Below are positions 61,761 to 64,000 of a stretch of DNA of 64,000 nt, in pieces (the stretch's first letter is position 1; every line of letters starts with the position of its first letter). The stretch lies in assembly GCA_036172245.1 (NCBI GenBank), contig JAYWIR010000023.1, forward strand, positions 1,550,001 to 1,614,000. Direction: 5' to 3'. The stretch comes from Raillietiella orientalis. Taxonomy: Eukaryota. The notes under the pieces are model-generated. The model saw only the letters and a program-made list of their open reading frames with translations. It made no database searches and was not told the origin of the DNA. The position numbers and the translations under genes are program-made.

Positions 61761-63399
61761 CGCCAAGGACCTCGGAGAGCGTCCACTTGCCTGAGAGGCG
61801 GACCTTCTTCCAATGCAGACGCGTTTTGGAAGAACCCTCCCCCCCTCCCTCTCCTGCTCGCGCGCGACCTCAGAAAGAGGTAGCGTTCGGAAGCCGGGTC
61901 CTTCCAAAGGTTCACGAAGCAGCAGCAGAAAGATTGCTGCTGCCGAAACCGGACACGCTGCCTTTTTTTTGTTTCTGTTTTTCTCCCCTCCCCTTTCCCC
62001 TTCTTCTCTCCTTCGGAGAGGGCTCGCGCGTCCGGGAAGGGCAGAGGAGAGCCTGCGAGAATGTGAGCAGATGAAAAGAAACCGCGGCCGCCGCGCACCC
62101 CACGGCTCACGGGCCCTCGCGGAGTCCCCCCCCCCCCCGGGGTGCTTCTGAAGGCTCTCGGCCGAAGCAAGGAAACGGCAGGCGAACCGCAAGCAGGGTG
62201 AAAGGGAGGGAGGATGGGGTCCGGAAAGAAGTATTGCTCTGTTTGGAAGCTGAGCGGTGCTCCTCCGGGAGCGGGCGACAGAGTGCGTGCTTCTCATGTC
62301 GACACGAGACAGAAGAGAAATGTCTCTTCCCGGCGACTAGGCAACGAACAACCTCCTTCCCTCCTCTCATCCGCCGGCTTGACGATCGGCTCCTTACAGC
62401 CTGCCCTGGGATCTTCATTATTCATTCCCGCCAGTTCAAGGAACTCCCCACGCCGGTCGCTTCCTGTCCATCTTCGAGGATCAATAAAAAAGAGAAGGAA
62501 AGCAGACGAACGTTGTCGGACGCGCCAAGCGGAGACTAAGGTTCGGGTTCATTGTCATCGCCAACTTCTCCGTTGTCGTCGTCGTCGTCATCCTTGTCTC
62601 CATCCATTTCTTCTTCCACCTCCCCTCCCTTGTAGGTTTCGCGCTGAGCGACTTCCTGGTCGTTCTCATTCTGCCAAGCACTCCATCTCTACTCTCCATA
62701 GCTGGCGCTGTTCAAGTGCCACCTTGTGCAGGATCTCCCCCTCCTCACTAAAAGTACATCCTTTGCAGTCCCCTGATTTTCTGGAGTAACACACACGTCT
62801 GTGCTGCTGGTCTTCTCCCGTCTTGAGCAGGTCCGCTACTCCTCCCGATGTTATGGCTCATAGCTACTGCGGATCCCCTCTTGAGAAGAGTGCGCCGCTG
62901 TCGGTAGCAGAAACGAAGGCGAAAACGGAGAGGAACCTTCGAACACACAACAGCCAGCCAGCAGATGGCATTCTCTTCGACGGGCTATCTAGAGCTCTAT
63001 AACGAATTTCCTTTACCGGCTACTGAAGAGCTGTGGACCGGGAAGGTCCTGGCTGGAGGCTGGCAAGCACTTTCGGTCGTCGGAGAAGGTGGGTCTCGGT
63101 AATCGGCGAGAAAGGCGCTGCGATGAAGCCTTCAGAGATTTCAAGAAATGGTGGAGATTTCCAAACGGGGACCCCGTGGAACGGCTCAGAAACAGGAAGA
63201 GCAAGGAGCGCTCAGAAACGCTGCTTGCTCTCCTTCGTGTTTCATTCTTCACACTTTGAAGGACACTGAGTACTGGGTTCCAAAGTCCTTTTGCCCAGGC
63301 TGCAGCGAAGAACTGTGACCATCAGTCAAGAGAAGGAAACCAAAGACCGCTTTTGCCAAGCAGGAACCCACGTGTGCTCTGCGTGTGAGTCACTTCCTA

Positions 63400-64000
63400 C
63401 CATGATTCTTCTTCTTCTTTATACAAACCTCAGAGGCACTTCTGATGCTCTGAAGCTCTGAAGACTTGATTAGTACCTAGGGAAGAGCGAGGGCATCCGA
63501 ATCCCTTTGTGTTACCCTGCTGAGTCTCGTATATACGCATACATAATTTGATCTTAGGCATCAAACTACACTTTATAAACCGTATTAGGTGCCCTGTATC
63601 TTCATAGAGAAGGAAGCGCGCAAAGTGCCTCATCATAACAGCGAGAATACACACAGTGGCGCTTCTTGCAACTGTTGCACACTCCGTTCCTGTACATCTG
63701 CACTGACCAACCACGCTGTCCATTATGAATGGATAAATCCGTTTTCGGCATTCATAGACGGCAAAACTTCTTCCGGCATTCGTCAACGCCATCTCACGTT
63801 TGTGGAAAACGAGAACAATGCCATCTTGCGATGAATACTAGAGTTGAGACGCCGCCTTAGCCTAGGTTCCTTAAACGGGGTGTCTAGGAGGTCCATTTTC
63901 TTGCCAGTGTCCTCCAGAATGGTAACTTTCTTATTTTCTCGAAAATCTGTAGCAGTCTGCAGAAGTGTTGACCTCAACAGTGAATAGACAGCAGTATTCT
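63400..64000 (-). mobile_element. Possible further LINE RT-domain-0 remnant
   Basis: Minus MDLLDTPFKEPRL resembles L..pft.eEl. Frames are broken and no splice structure was seen. Confidence 0.28.

Overview
Eukaryotic genomic DNA, very probably arthropod, judged from the one host gene. That gene is a two-exon small heat-shock protein (HSP20/alpha-crystallin family) on the + strand, in the intron-containing orthologous group of Drosophila HspB8/CG14207 and lepidopteran Hsp21.4. Its CDS is 29079-29299 joined to 32713-33073 (193 aa), with a candidate 135-nt in-frame cassette exon at 32148-32282. It sits in a GC/CpG-rich island of about 9 kb with no recognisable transposon remnants. Almost everything else is a graveyard of about 15 heavily decayed L1/Tx1-like non-LTR retrotransposon ORF2 fragments in both orientations, mostly minus. 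These were recognised by eye from degenerate RT motifs, the W-G-K-x-x-R-x-x-L-x-x-P-x-x-x-GGLG thumb motif and a C-terminal CxxC...H...C finger. Four copies share an unusual non-poly(A) 3' terminus (AATAAA-N4-YYGGMG-N3-YYGG), and two of these carry an antisense tRNA-T-arm-like hairpin. Two copies of an AT-rich foldback element are present, one containing a nested TA-targeting MITE. I found no prokaryotic features, CRISPR arrays, rRNA or intact tRNA, and no convincing new protein system. Relic boundaries are approximate and all homology calls were made by eye without a database search.
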